Below, piece by piece: positions 11,150-23,100 of a stretch of DNA of 64,000 bases. This DNA comes from Hormiphora californensis (taxonomy: Eukaryota > Animalia > Ctenophora). The notes beneath the pieces were generated by a model. The model ran no database searches. It had not been told where the DNA came from and saw only the letters and a program-made list of their open reading frames with translations. The position numbers were made by a program, and so were the translations under genes. The stretch lies in contig CM035351.1 in the NCBI GenBank assembly GCA_020137815.1, positions 6,510,001 to 6,574,000 on the forward strand, written 5' to 3'. The number at the start of each line of letters is the position of its first letter. Within the stretch, counting starts at the first letter, position 1.

Positions 11150-14100
11150 AGCATGCACCACTCTGCCTTCTATAGGCTTAGTGGAACAAACCAGTGGTAA
11201 ATTATGCACTCAGAGTCCTTCAGTTCAACAATTATATGTTGTCCTGGCTAACTCTAGAGAGATCCAGCCGTCCCGGAGTGGTGATCCGGACGGGGTAACC
11301 GCAACCAAAGAAAAACAATATGAACAAAGTTATACACAGAACACGCATAGGCACTTTCAACTGCAGAACACTCCGAACAGCTGACAAAGTCAGCGAGCTG
11401 GCTTATAAATTCTCTAAACATGGTATTGGTCTTTTGGGTATTCAGGAGCACCGAATTGTCCATCCAGAGACTGTTAAGAGAACCCAGGCTGGGCCAGACT
11501 CAATCCTATTAACATCGACAGCCTGGCGGAATAGTATGGGAGCGTCTGTAGGAGGGGTCGGAATCTTAATGGGGACCAATGCATCGAAGCTCATTGTTGA
11601 GACAAGAGTGGTTTCTAATCGGATCCTGGCCGTCACCTTCGCCGGCAATCCCAAGCTGACGCTTGTTTCCGTTTACTCCCCGACAGAGGGTGCAGATTTT
11701 GATGAAGTTGAGCAGTTCCATAACGAGCTAAGAGAATACCTACACGAAGTACCTGCTCACAATCTCCTGATTGTTTGTGGTGACTTCAACGCTCGCCTTG
11801 GTTGGGAAGGAACTGCCTCTGGATGGTACTATCACCGTACCACCAGCCGTAACGGTGTCCTTCTGAAGGAAACTATGGAGGAAACCAACTTGGAGGCCTC
11901 TAACATTAGATTCCGGAAGAAGAAGAGTCGTTTATGGACATTCCTGTCGGACGGGACACAGCGGAAAGCTACTCTTGACTATATACTTATCAGGAGAAAG
12001 TGGAGGAACAGTATTAAGGACACCACGACGTCCGAGGCGCTAAGCTCCCTTGGATCAGATCACCGGTTGCTGATTGCCAAGGTCAAACTCACTCTACGAA
12101 AGAGGAAGACCTTGCCAGGAAGAACGAATCTTGATTTTGGCCCCCTCAGAACCGACCCGGATCTGAGGGATCGTTTTACTGTTGAGGTTCAAAACCGATT
12201 TTCCTGCCTAACATCTGATGCTGAAGATGAACCAACTACTAACTATGGTCACTTCATTAAAGCAGTACAGGAAACGAGTAAAGCTCTCCTTGGGAAGAAG
12301 CGGAAACGTCTGAAAGACGTTGTGGCAGAGGACTATAGAGTTAAGCGAGTGAGAACAGAGTTGGAGTGTGCCAGTAAGGAGTACCACGATGCACCAGACG
12401 AGGAGACGAGGACAAGAGTAAATAGGGCGAAGGAAGAGTTATCGGGGGCCTATGGACAAGTTGAGTCGGAGATTATTGAGGGTAAGATTAGGAGGGTAGA
12501 GGATGCTGCTAGGAATGCTAAGTCACGAGAAGTTTGGAGGATAGTTAACGAGGTCTCTGGTAGAAATCTGAGGACAGCTAGTCAGTTGGAGGGGGGCTCG
12601 CCGGAAGAGAGGAATGATATATGGTTGAATCACTTCCGAACCCTACTAGGGTCTGCACCATCAGGGTCATCAGACACGGAAGTCGAACAGCTCTTCCCCC
12701 CGGCGGATATCTTCACTGGCAGCTTCACTCTTGAGGAATATCAGAGGGCCAAGAAGAGGATTAAGGAGGGGAAGGCTTATGGGGATGACAGCATTTCTCC
12801 TGAGGTTCTAAAGAGGTGTGATCTGGATGAGATAGTGCTGGGTTTTTGTAACGGTGCATTAGAAGGTAAGGGTATCCCAGAACAATGGACAGTCAGTAAC
12901 ATCATCCCTGTCCCGAAGAAAGGTGATCTTTCCAAGCCTGGGAACTACCGTGGTATTGCACTGACTTCAATCGTCGCAAAGACATTGAACAGGATGCTAC
13001 TACATCGCATCCGGCCCTATGTCGAGACAAAACTTCTCGACTCCCAGAACGGATTCCGGGAGGGGCGCTCAACCACCAGTCACATCCTGACGCTGAGGAG
13101 GATACTAGAAGGTGCGAGGAGGAAACAGCTTCCGGTAGCCATGGCTTTCATCGACTTCGTTAAAGCATTTGATAGTATCAACCGATCAAGCCTGATGAAG
13201 ATCCTGAGAGCATATGGTATACCGGATGCTATCGTAGACCTTATCCAATGGCTTTACACTAACACTAAAGCACAGGTCTTAACAGCTGACGGCCTCACTG
13301 CTATCTTTGAGATCGTGGCTGGTGTCTTACAAGGCGACACTTTAGCCCCATATCTCTTTATTATAGTACTGGATTACTGTCTACGGATAGCACTCAGCAG
13401 ACACCCGGAGATCGGTTTTACTCTGAGACCTGCTAGGAGTAGAAGAGTTGGGGCATCTAGAATCACAGACACTGGCTTTGCGGACGATGTGGCCCTGCTG
13501 GCAAACTCGGTTGAGGAGTTAGGAGTTGTATTACGTGAGGTTGAGGCGGTGTGTAAGGAGGTTGGTCTGGCTATTAACCAGAACAAAACGGAGCTCATAG
13601 TGGAGAACATCCCTGATCCAGAGCCGCTCCTTACCTGTGACGGACACACGATCAAAAGAGCAGATGACTTCAAATATCTTGGATCGTGGATCAGAGATTC
13701 CAATAAGGACATCAAGAACCGGAAGAGCAAAGCATGGGTTGCCTGCCACGGATTGAAGAAAGTCTGGAACTCAGATCTGAACGACGAACTAAAGTGCAGG
13801 TTATTTGTTGCTACTGTCGAAACCGTCCTCCTCTATGGCTGTGAAACATGGTCCCTCACCAAGCAAATGGAGAAGAGCCTTAATGGAACCTACACTAGGA
13901 TGCTGAGAATGGCGCTCAACAAGAACCAGTGGCAACTCCGTATGACCAATGGAACGTTGTATGGTATTGGAGGGTTACCAATTCTCAGCACTAAAATAGC
14001 AGAACGCAGACTACGTCTAGCCGGTCATGCCCAACGCCATCCTGAGCTGACCCTCCACAAAGTCCTTCTTTGGGAACCGCTCCATGGTCAAGCCAAACGT

Positions 14101-14254
14101 GGCAGGCCTACGAAAACCTTTGTGGACGTTTTACGGCAAGATACGGGTCTGGGTGACGTGAAGGAGATAGCCTCTGTGATGGAAGAACGTGATGCGTGGA
14201 GAAAACTTGTTCAAGGCGTTCGGGAATTCCACCCGCCTTAAGTCAAGTAAGTCA
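11150..14254 (+). mobile_element. Full-length RTE-clade non-LTR retrotransposon
   Basis: 11-bp TSD AGAAACTACTG at 11139-11149 and 14255-14265; single ORF; short tandem 3' tail TAAGTCAAGTAAGTCA. Confidence 0.88.
11320..14241 (+). CDS. APE endonuclease + reverse transcriptase (LINE ORF2, 973 aa)
   Basis: APE motifs GTFNCRT, LGIQE, GDFNA, LDYIL, SDH; RT motifs NYRGIAL, QNGFR, FIDFVKAFDS, GVLQGD, FADD, FKYLGS. Confidence 0.95.
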   Translation: MNKVIHRTRIGTFNCRTLRTADKVSELAYKFSKHGIGLLGIQEHRIVHPETVKRTQAGPDSILLTSTAWRNSMGASVGGVGILMGTNASKLIVETRVVSNRILAVTFAGNPKLTLVSVYSPTEGADFDEVEQFHNELREYLHEVPAHNLLIVCGDFNARLGWEGTASGWYYHRTTSRNGVLLKETMEETNLEASNIRFRKKKSRLWTFLSDGTQRKATLDYILIRRKWRNSIKDTTTSEALSSLGSDHRLLIAKVKLTLRKRKTLPGRTNLDFGPLRTDPDLRDRFTVEVQNRFSCLTSDAEDEPTTNYGHFIKAVQETSKALLGKKRKRLKDVVAEDYRVKRVRTELECASKEYHDAPDEETRTRVNRAKEELSGAYGQVESEIIEGKIRRVEDAARNAKSREVWRIVNEVSGRNLRTASQLEGGSPEERNDIWLNHFRTLLGSAPSGSSDTEVEQLFPPADIFTGSFTLEEYQRAKKRIKEGKAYGDDSISPEVLKRCDLDEIVLGFCNGALEGKGIPEQWTVSNIIPVPKKGDLSKPGNYRGIALTSIVAKTLNRMLLHRIRPYVETKLLDSQNGFREGRSTTSHILTLRRILEGARRKQLPVAMAFIDFVKAFDSINRSSLMKILRAYGIPDAIVDLIQWLYTNTKAQVLTADGLTAIFEIVAGVLQGDTLAPYLFIIVLDYCLRIALSRHPEIGFTLRPARSRRVGASRITDTGFADDVALLANSVEELGVVLREVEAVCKEVGLAINQNKTELIVENIPDPEPLLTCDGHTIKRADDFKYLGSWIRDSNKDIKNRKSKAWVACHGLKKVWNSDLNDELKCRLFVATVETVLLYGCETWSLTKQMEKSLNGTYTRMLRMALNKNQWQLRMTNGTLYGIGGLPILSTKIAERRLRLAGHAQRHPELTLHKVLLWEPLHGQAKRGRPTKTFVDVLRQDTGLGDVKEIASVMEERDAWRKLVQGVREFHPP

Positions 14255-14974
14255 AGAAACTACTGCAAGAACCACTGAGCATGAAGTTCGAGATATTTTT
14301 ACAGAGCTGAATGAAAAACCAGTCATGACTTCCACAAAGCGAGTCGGCGAAAAGACTGATAACCGACCAAGACCAGTAATCGTTACACTTGAAAGGAGGG
14401 AAACCTTGTTGCAGCTTCTCAGGAAAGCAAAGCAGCTCCGGGATTCAGAGACATTTCCCTCGGTGTTTCTTTCCCCCGACCTAACACCGGAGGAACAGCG
14501 AGAACGGAAAACTCTCGTTGATACAGTGAAAGGACTGAGGCGAGACAATCCGAATGGACGATATTGGGTTAGCAGGGGGGGTAATTAAATGTGGCTGACT
14601 TCTAATCAGTGACATGTGCACTGAAGATACTTCTAATGGGACTTAATAATGACTATCCGTTTTGCCCACAAAAAGGGGCAGTACATATATGTAATGTATA
14701 CATGTTAGAGTTAATAATAATAATAAAAATAATAATAATGTCATTGTTAGTGTGTGTACCACTATTTTTGAGTGGTCGAAATTTTTTGGAGATTTTTCGC
14801 TTTTGCGGTGTTTAATTTAATTCCTGCTCTTGATTTTGATTTTCAACGTTCAAATGAATACCGAAACAATATCATGTACTCAAAAGAACGAGGCAGGCTC
14901 ACCGAATGAGCGCTTACACCGCTAAAACACTTTAAATCAACTAATATTATATAGAAATTAATATTGTCCATGTT

Positions 14975-15943
14975 TCAGTCCTTCTTATCTATCTTAATCA
15001 CCCTACCTCTCACAATACCCCACTTAACGTGTGGCTCAGTGTCTTTCTGTCGCTTTAACTCAGCAACAAGTCTCTTTCTCTCACTTCTCTCCTCAACAGT
15101 CCTGTCCGGACAAATGTACACATCGTTCATCCCGTCCACTTCCCTCAGCATCCCAGACCTTGCCAGAATGGAGCGTGCCATATCTCGGTTGTGTAGTACC
15201 ACCTTGACAGGCCGCTTCCTCCCTTCCTTCTTCTCGCCTAGCCTCCTACAGCTTACCAATTTAGGCTTCTCATTGGTGTGTTCCAACACATTCAGAACAA
15301 CATCCTCAGTCTTTTCCTCTCCATCAGACTCCATCAACCCGTAGAAAATCAGGTTGCTGGACCTGTCCTCCACACTGGACGCCTTCACCATGGCTGCTTG
15401 TAGCTTTCTAGGGGCAAGCGAGGCAGTGCAGCTCTTCTTTACAACTGCTGCATAGCACTTCAGTTCTTCTTTAACAGAGGAAACTGTGTCCTCAATCTTC
15501 TTGCTCTTCTCAGAGAGGAGAGAGCTCTGGAGAGATATCACCGTCTCTTGACAAGATAGCAACGCTTCCTGAGACTTAATAACAGTCTCTTGCATGGAAT
15601 TGATCTTCCCTGTTACCTCTTCCAGCTTTTTCTCTGTCTCCTCTAGCTTTTTTGTCGTATCTTTGAACAACTCAGCGTCCACTTCCACAACATATGGCAG
15701 GATCACCATATGACAGAACCAGGCATAATTCTGGATCATGTTTATCAGTTCGGGCTTGTTCTTCGTGTTCAGCCTAGCTGCAGTAACTCTTGATGAATCA
15801 AAACTGTTACCGCGGCTCTGGCACGCAGCATCATTAAGTAGACACTCTACTGCCTTCATCACACTCGCTGAGGGACATGCTTCATCTGTCAGTCCATTAC
15901 TTTCACACCACTGTGTGAATTCGTTGCTGTGCATCTCCACCAA
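14975..15943 (-). CDS. Stand-alone LINE ORF1-like coiled-coil/RRM protein (~320 aa)
   Basis: Heptad coiled coil followed by DRSSNLIFYGL, RLGEKKEGRKRPVKV and VYICPDRTVEERSERK motifs typical of CR1/L2/L1 ORF1; no ORF2 downstream. Confidence 0.7.
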   Translation of the reverse strand: MVEMHSNEFTQWCESNGLTDEACPSASVMKAVECLLNDAACQSRGNSFDSSRVTAARLNTKNKPELINMIQNYAWFCHMVILPYVVEVDAELFKDTTKKLEETEKKLEEVTGKINSMQETVIKSQEALLSCQETVISLQSSLLSEKSKKIEDTVSSVKEELKCYAAVVKKSCTASLAPRKLQAAMVKASSVEDRSSNLIFYGLMESDGEEKTEDVVLNVLEHTNEKPKLVSCRRLGEKKEGRKRPVKVVLHNRDMARSILARSGMLREVDGMNDVYICPDRTVEERSERKRLVAELKRQKDTEPHVKWGIVRGRVIKIDKKD

Positions 15944-16467
15944 TGTAGAGTGTGTACAACAATCGCTCGTACAAACGGTGCAGGTCAGGAGCTCAGAAAA
16001 TCAAACAAAATAGATAAGAAGTAGGAAGTTATCTTCCTATGCTACAGGCCCGTGGAAAACGCGTGCACGTGGGGTCTGCAGCGTATGCCAAGTCCTGCTC
16101 CTACAAGGACCTTAAAAATAGTTCTTAACACACAACTAGAATTTTACTATCCTTACGAGATGTAGTTTTCATGACACGGTTCGTAAAAACTGCTGCTGTT
16201 GCCTATTTCTAATTTCCACAAGGGTGGCCCGATAGTACTTAGTCCAAAATTCTTGGTTCAAGTGACCATTTTGCCTCTCTTTCTGGCCCATTTTCCTTCA
16301 AAAGCTGTCTTAGATTCACAAAATTTACTTTAAACAAGAAGTCGCGGGCCGCGGCTTGCAAGTTGCAGCCCATTTTTTTGAGATTTGAAATATCTTGCTA
16401 AGCACTTTCTCACCTCAACATTTAACCATTAATATTTTATTACAGGACGTTATGACAAATCGATAGA

Positions 16468-17028
16468 ATGTTGTCAATGATAAACAAACTACGGCTGGTG
16501 ATACTTCTTCTTCTTATCTCGGTCCCTCTTTCTATCATTTCAGTCCAGAAACAAACCTGGGTATACTTTGTGAACAGCTTGGGCACCACTCAAATCGGCC
16601 TCGAGGATGCCTGCCTGGGGACTTACTGTGAAAAGTTTCGCACTACAGATCTCAACCACGTCAACAGTTACATTTTTATAAACATTTACATATCCAGTTT
16701 ACTACAGGTCATTAGTATAATTGCTATAATCGTAGGACTAAAAGTAGAGCATTTACCGAATATTTGTGCCCAATGGACGGTAATAGTACGAGTGGGTCTC
16801 TGTTGTTCGTTATCCTGTCTCGGATTTGCATCATTCATTTTTCTTGTGGGACTGAAAATTACCAAGAATCACTACGGTGGTATACTGGATTGTTCTGGGT
16901 TAATATTTACATTGGATAAGACACGGTTATTCAGGCTGTATCCTGGGGAGTGTTTCTACCTTCTAACATCAGCAACTGTTCTCAATACGATATGTCTTGT
17001 CACTGTGATATCTATTGACATGTTTTAA
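16468..17028 (+). CDS. Claudin/PMP22-like four-TM protein (single coding exon)
   Basis: Four hydrophobic segments; W...GL..AC....C in the first extracellular loop resembles the claudin W-GLW-C-C signature. Confidence 0.55.
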   Translation: MLSMINKLRLVILLLLISVPLSIISVQKQTWVYFVNSLGTTQIGLEDACLGTYCEKFRTTDLNHVNSYIFINIYISSLLQVISIIAIIVGLKVEHLPNICAQWTVIVRVGLCCSLSCLGFASFIFLVGLKITKNHYGGILDCSGLIFTLDKTRLFRLYPGECFYLLTSATVLNTICLVTVISIDMF

Positions 17029-17116
17029 ATTTCCGTTTTTTTAGAAAATCGACTCTTTTAGGTTAACCATTTATTTTTACGAAGCATGTAATTTATAATA
17101 TAAACAATTTTAGCAG

Positions 17117-20100
17117 ATGGATATATGGCTTTACTTCGTTTTTCTTCTAGTCGCTGTCCTAGCTGTATTCTGCCTATCGAGGTAAGGGGATGATTCTGGT
17201 TCGATGAAATAGTGTACACACTGTATCTTATCTTATCTACATTGCATAAAGTATGTCGATTCTCCTTACTGAATAAATTCCAATCTCTCCACAGGCTGTT
17301 AGGGGTTATAGTTGGCCAGGTCCTATCCAAGGCTAACAAAACAACAGATCACAGTCCACCATGTAACAATTATTGGGTTGCACAAAATAATAGTACAGAC
17401 TGAACATGGGAGTGTGAGGGTAGAGAGTATCAAAGTGACCCTCAACCTTTTCTCTGATTCCCTGTAAGTTACTAAGGTGGCTTTTAAAATTACTTAAAAT
17501 TTTTGTTTTTGAACAAGACAAAATATATACTTTGAGACTTTATATTTAACACATATCCCCTGTAGGAGATTGTTTGGTGTTACAATTGGTGAAGTGACTG
17601 TGGAAGGGAGTGTGTTAGAGAGACAGTTAGCCAGGAGTAGTCACCATCCTGTAGTAGAGGGAGGGAGGAAGACTACTAAAGCTAAAATACCCGGCCCTGT
17701 CAAGTGGCTACTACAGAGACTGCATATTAACCTCCACCGGTTATCTCTACATATCACACTACCTGGTGGTACTGTTATTACACTGGGACTCTCTTCAGGG
17801 GTTGATGTAGTGTCCTTCCTTAGTAGAGATACCGGGTTAGTGTCCCCCATTAGTTTACATTTGCCGTTATTACGTGGAGTAAGAGGACTAAAGTCGGAGT
17901 TTTTAAAGTCACTCCCTTCTCGTGATCGGATTTGTTTTGTGGGTGTGAAAAAAGTATAAATAAATAGACACACGCACGAATTTGGGGTGAGAACTTCAAA
18001 AAATCGTATTGCTGGGGAGGTCGAAGTAACGATTAAACTATCTGGTGACAGCCGTGACTAGCATATAACATGGGATAGTTTCTCGTTATTTGTGAGACCA
18101 TATATAAATATGCTGTAAGATTTATAATATTATTCTCATCTGTATAAAATGACGTTCCTCCAGGTTCCTATCCTCCCACGTGTGTGTGACTCACGTTGAG
18201 GTTAAAGTGAGGAAACAAGATCAATCCTACCTGTGTCTAACATTTGGAGTTAAACTAAACCTCCTTCTAAATGAATTACTCACCGAGGTATGTACTATAA
18301 AAGAAAGAGGTCACTCTTGATTGACTCACTGTCCTCATCGATAATTGTCACATCACTTCAACTAAAATGTATCTACCACCCCCGTGCTTGATTCCTGGAC
18401 TCGGAGAACTTGTAAAATATAATTGTACATCCCTCTTGATTGACTCACTGTCCAACAAACACATGAATTGACTCACTATTCCCAACATGTTACACTTGAT
18501 CCCCTGCCAGGTGGCGAGCATGAAAGTGTCAGTTGATACAATAACAGTAGCAGTATTTGAGGAGTTAGGACCGCTGTTGAAGTCCCTCCGACCAGCATCC
18601 CAACCCTCCACTATTACAACCACCTTCCCTAAACGGTTGTCTAACATTCTGAAGAAACTGCCGGGAGATAGGGAGGTGTCGATTGAGAAACTGTCTTTCA
18701 GCCTCTCAGATATACCACAATCAAGGTACTTAGTAGCAGGTGTCATGGTTGTAGTTGTGACTTTCTAAACCCACTTACACACGCCGGTATTTTCATCCTA
18801 CTACTACTCAATTGAATAGTTTAGTCTGAAGTTAAACTTACAAAATCATCTTCCCAGGAACATAAGTCTGAATGTGAAGACTATAACAGAGAAAGGGGGA
18901 CACAATACAGACTGGCTAACTGAGAAAATAATGGTAACTGAGTGCAATGTGTATGTTAACAACACCAACTTCCTCTCTGTAGCTTCCCTCGCACTGCCTT
19001 CAATCAAGGTTTGTGACCGCCGAAACTACAATACTACTACAGTAGTCAGTGTAGATAACTGAGACGACCAAGTTACCAACACGATAACTTGAAGGATACC
19101 ATTTTGAGTTTGGGAACTAACAAGGGAGATAACATCTTGCCACTACTAGGTGTCAGGGTTACAAGGGGACAAGGTGTCAGTATCAGTTACCAGTCAGGTC
19201 GAGACTGTACAGATAAAGTGGTGGAACACTGAACTGATACCTTGGATAAGTCGAATGCAGGAAATATCCGGACCACCTCTATCTCAAAAGAAGAGCACTC
19301 TCCCAACCACTAGTACCAGACCATTCTCTCTTGTTATATCTACTACAACTACTGTTAGTGATGCCAGGATTAAAATATATGAGGATAGTGTTGGGAAACG
19401 GAAACTGATCTCCTACTTTCTACCGACTCTCCGTCTTCTGTTTAGGTGTGATGACACTCTCTATTTTCTCTAGATATTAGTGTTAAAAACATGTTTCTAA
19501 CACCCCCCCCCCCTGATAACTACTACCTACTACTACTGATAACCGATAACTGGTAATCTCTCCTCACAGTGACAGTGATACAGGGACCCGCATTGGTTTT
19601 GAATCCAAACGAATGTTGCTGCGCCTCCCAATACCAGTTAGAATAAAGAGAAGCTTGAGGGAGAACCTGCCAAGGGTTAACGACTATCACCAGTGGGGAC
19701 AGATAGTTGACATCAAATCATTAACTTTCAAAGTAGGTAGTACTTGTTTTTTTTTTTCTTTACAAAACGCGATGAGAGGGGGTCGAACAAGGCAAGGTAT
19801 TACCCACCATCGCCTACTGCTGCATCCCACCTCCTCGTCTATTCATATTGTACTGATAGTACTAAATACATGATCTGACTCTCTATTTCAGCTACAGAGG
19901 GCTTACAAGAGTACCAAGATAGAGGTTGACTTCCAGAACTGTAACTTAGAATGGAACCACGACTTCTCCAACCTTATAATGGAGATGTTACCCCAATTCT
20001 ACAATCTGGCACTACATCGCAGTGCTGTAGCAGTTAATGAAGCTCCCAAAGCGCCATCCCTTCCCCTAGGTACACATTATAATGGTCCGTTATCTCTGTC

Positions 20101-23100
20101 GTTATATCAGTTGTTAACCCTCCCCTCCCTTTCCCACAGATAACCCTCTTTTATTTCCCACAGATATCGAAGTGAGTGTGGATAAGCTGAACCTGTTCTT
20201 AGTGAGCTCCGATCCAGGTACGCGCACCTCCCTAAATCCTCTAGAAATGGGTATTGTTAGCAGCATGCGCGCACACCATTACATTTTGTATTCACTGTTC
20301 TGTGCTTCAGAAATCAATCAATTGAACAATGAACACTTGTACATTTGTACATTTGTAGGCGGTTTTGTTCATGATCAAAATACATATTACACGATACTAA
20401 TTTCTAGTAATAGTAATTTCTAACTTATCCGTTTCACTACCCCACCAGGGAAGATAGCTACTCTGCTTCACATCAAATCAGCAGCACTGAGCCGAGTTGG
20501 GACAACTAAATCTGCTACCCTAGAAGGGTGTTATGTGCACGCCCTACTAAACAAAGATGACCCTCTGTATATGTGCAATATAGATCTGGCAGAGAATGAT
20601 AAACTGCTCGCTCTACCCTCAATTGGGGTTACAGCAGCCCGTGATGGTGTGACTGGGAAGGTTGGAGAGATTGGGGTCACTTGGGATCCATCCTCGCACA
20701 GGGTTGTGGAGAGATGTGTGTCAAGGATGTGTGCCTCAATAACCTGTATACTGGGTAAGTGAAGTGGGGTGTTCTGTGTTCCGTTGTGAGAGAACAAGGG
20801 AACTGAAATCTCAAATCGGTAACAAAGAAAGGCGGTACATACATATTATGTTCTCCATTGCAATACATTCTATCAGGCGAGGTCTACTAATAATCCAACT
20901 TCAGACTTGATGGTTAGCACAAGAGGAAGAGAGAAGAGTGGGTCACAACCATCTACACCTTCTGCATCTACCAATGTTAACATCTCTATCACTAGATCCG
21001 TGTTAACACTGCACACCAGCCCCGTCAACATGTTAGTACTAACACTGTCAAGAATAATGTTCGGCTAATAAATTTAGTATTAATTTCTCCTACCGGCTGA
21101 ATAATATGAGTCTTTCATTCGGTCTTTTATTGTAGCAGAATGAAAATTTTGTTACACTGAAACTGTAATATTTTTTACTGGACTTCCACCATGTTCCCTG
21201 TAGTTTGCGGATAGAAGCGGATACGTGTGTATTATCAATGGAGAACAGACAGCTGCGGGTTACTGTTAATGAATCACTGAATTTAGTGTTTGATGGACAT
21301 CGCATCTTCAAATTTGTGGTAAGTTTATAAAATAGATCGGGGGCAATAGATCCGAGATATATTGTCTTCCTATATGTTATTACAGGTTTTAAGATCTCCT
21401 AACACTAAAACATTCCCACATAGGGTCTCCGTGTTGAACAGATTGGGAACGACAACATTTCCCAACTTAGGAGAAAAGTGCCTGATTTCTCCGAAACCAA
21501 TAGGGCCTGGTAAGGGTTGTTAGCTGTGTACAGTATTTAGTATCCATGTTACTAACTAAAACCCTTTACCTTGGTAGCTCAGCTAGGCCCTCTCCTCTGA
21601 CTTGCTCGCGAAGGGTTATTGCATAACCAGCACCTTTGTTCCTCCCCTCAGGTTTGTTGCAATTAACACACTACACATCGCATTCCCCTATAATTACGGG
21701 CGGGACCCAACCAACCCTAACTCAGTCACCTTTGCTAATGCGTATGATGAGGCCCAGAACTGCTTTCAAGATGTTGAAGGCGCTACATCGAACACCGCGG
21801 CTAGCTAGTGAGATTGAGCCCCTGTACGCAGACTGCGTGCTGAACATCAATACAATTAAGGTAAGAAGAGAAGATGGGGTTAATAAAGGTATGGGTGTTG
21901 TCAAGGTAGAATGAAACAAGTTAACTATCTACTCTGACTCAAGTAGTTTTTCATCTCCCCTTGCGTGGCTCTGTGAAGGTTCGGCAGATCAACTGACAAC
22001 TCCACCTTTATAGGTAGAGTTTGAGGACAACAGTTTTGATAAGAGGATACTGGAGAACTATAGGTTGATGTACCTGGTACATGAGCACACTGCACCAGAA
22101 GAAGAGGAAGTGGACGTGGATGGGGGTCTTACACCATGTTAGTAAGGGGGGGTCTTACATAATGTTAGTAAGGGGGAGGGGGGAGGGGGTCTGACGCCAT
22201 GTTAGTAGGGACAAGGGGGTCTTACATCATGTTAGTAGGGACTAGGGGGTCTTACATAATGTTAGTAGGGAGTGTAATAATTAACATCAAGGGCCAACAT
22301 CAATAATCACGTTATGTTAGTACTAGTAGGGGGTAACACTTTTTCGTCGAAGTTATTAGACTAGTACCTAACTGTTTAACACTGTTCTAGTACCGGAAGA
22401 TCAGCCAGAAGAGGAGGACACGTTCTATGATCAGTTTAAAGAGGCCAGGAAATGCTACAGTGTTACGGTAAATTATACACCCCGGACCGCTAGAAAAGTG
22501 ATAGCGAAACAACAACGAACTGGCTGCGTGTCGCGTATTCGTTGCGCATAACAATCTCACCGGAGATATTCACATAAGCAACGTTGCGCAACGTGCAGCC
22601 AGTTCGTTGTTGTTTCGCTTACACTTTACCACCCTTTACCTCTGCTAGTAACACCCTGTTACCTCTGCTGTGTAAGGTTAACTAATGCCCCACCCCCCGC
22701 ATCAGGAAGAGCTGGGTTGTTTTGTTATAGAGGATCTCAAGTTGAACGTGTTGGCAGATGAATCCCTTAACGGGCACGAGAGGGTGGTTGAGATGATCAA
22801 TAGACTGGACTATGACTCAGATGTTCCCAGTGATTTGAGGTAGTTTATAAAACTAGAAGATACATAGTAGCACAGAACAATATAACTACTTCCCAGTTCA
22901 CTGTATCAAACACGGTCTAATCCTGTCAGAGCACTGGCCTCTCCCTATTCTCGTTTCTTCAAATAAGGAGAGCATTGGCCTGACATGTCTAATGGGGTGG
23001 CAGGGGTAATACATTAATCTAGATAACTATAAGAATCTAAAGTAGAATCCAGCAAATGTTGGGGGGGGGGGGGATTATTAAAAAAAAAGGATAACAATCA

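Larger units (their letters stand above)
10459..14588 (+). pseudogene. LINE ORF1-like (coiled-coil + RRM/CTD, Transposase_22-like) gene, broken by an in-frame TGA (10675-10677) and by the RTE insertion
   Basis: ORFs 10459-10677 and 10687-11149 share a frame; after removing the LINE the frame continues LFGLPETT|ARTTEHEVRD...RPRPVIVTL...VFLSPDLTPEEQRERK; paralogous to 14975-15943. Confidence 0.7.

Noticed and set aside
10687-14241. A single two-ORF LINE (ORF1 10687-11175 plus ORF2 11320-14241)
   Set aside because: The TSD AGAAACTACTG and the continuation of the ORF1 frame after 14265 show the RT element inserted into a separate ORF1 gene.
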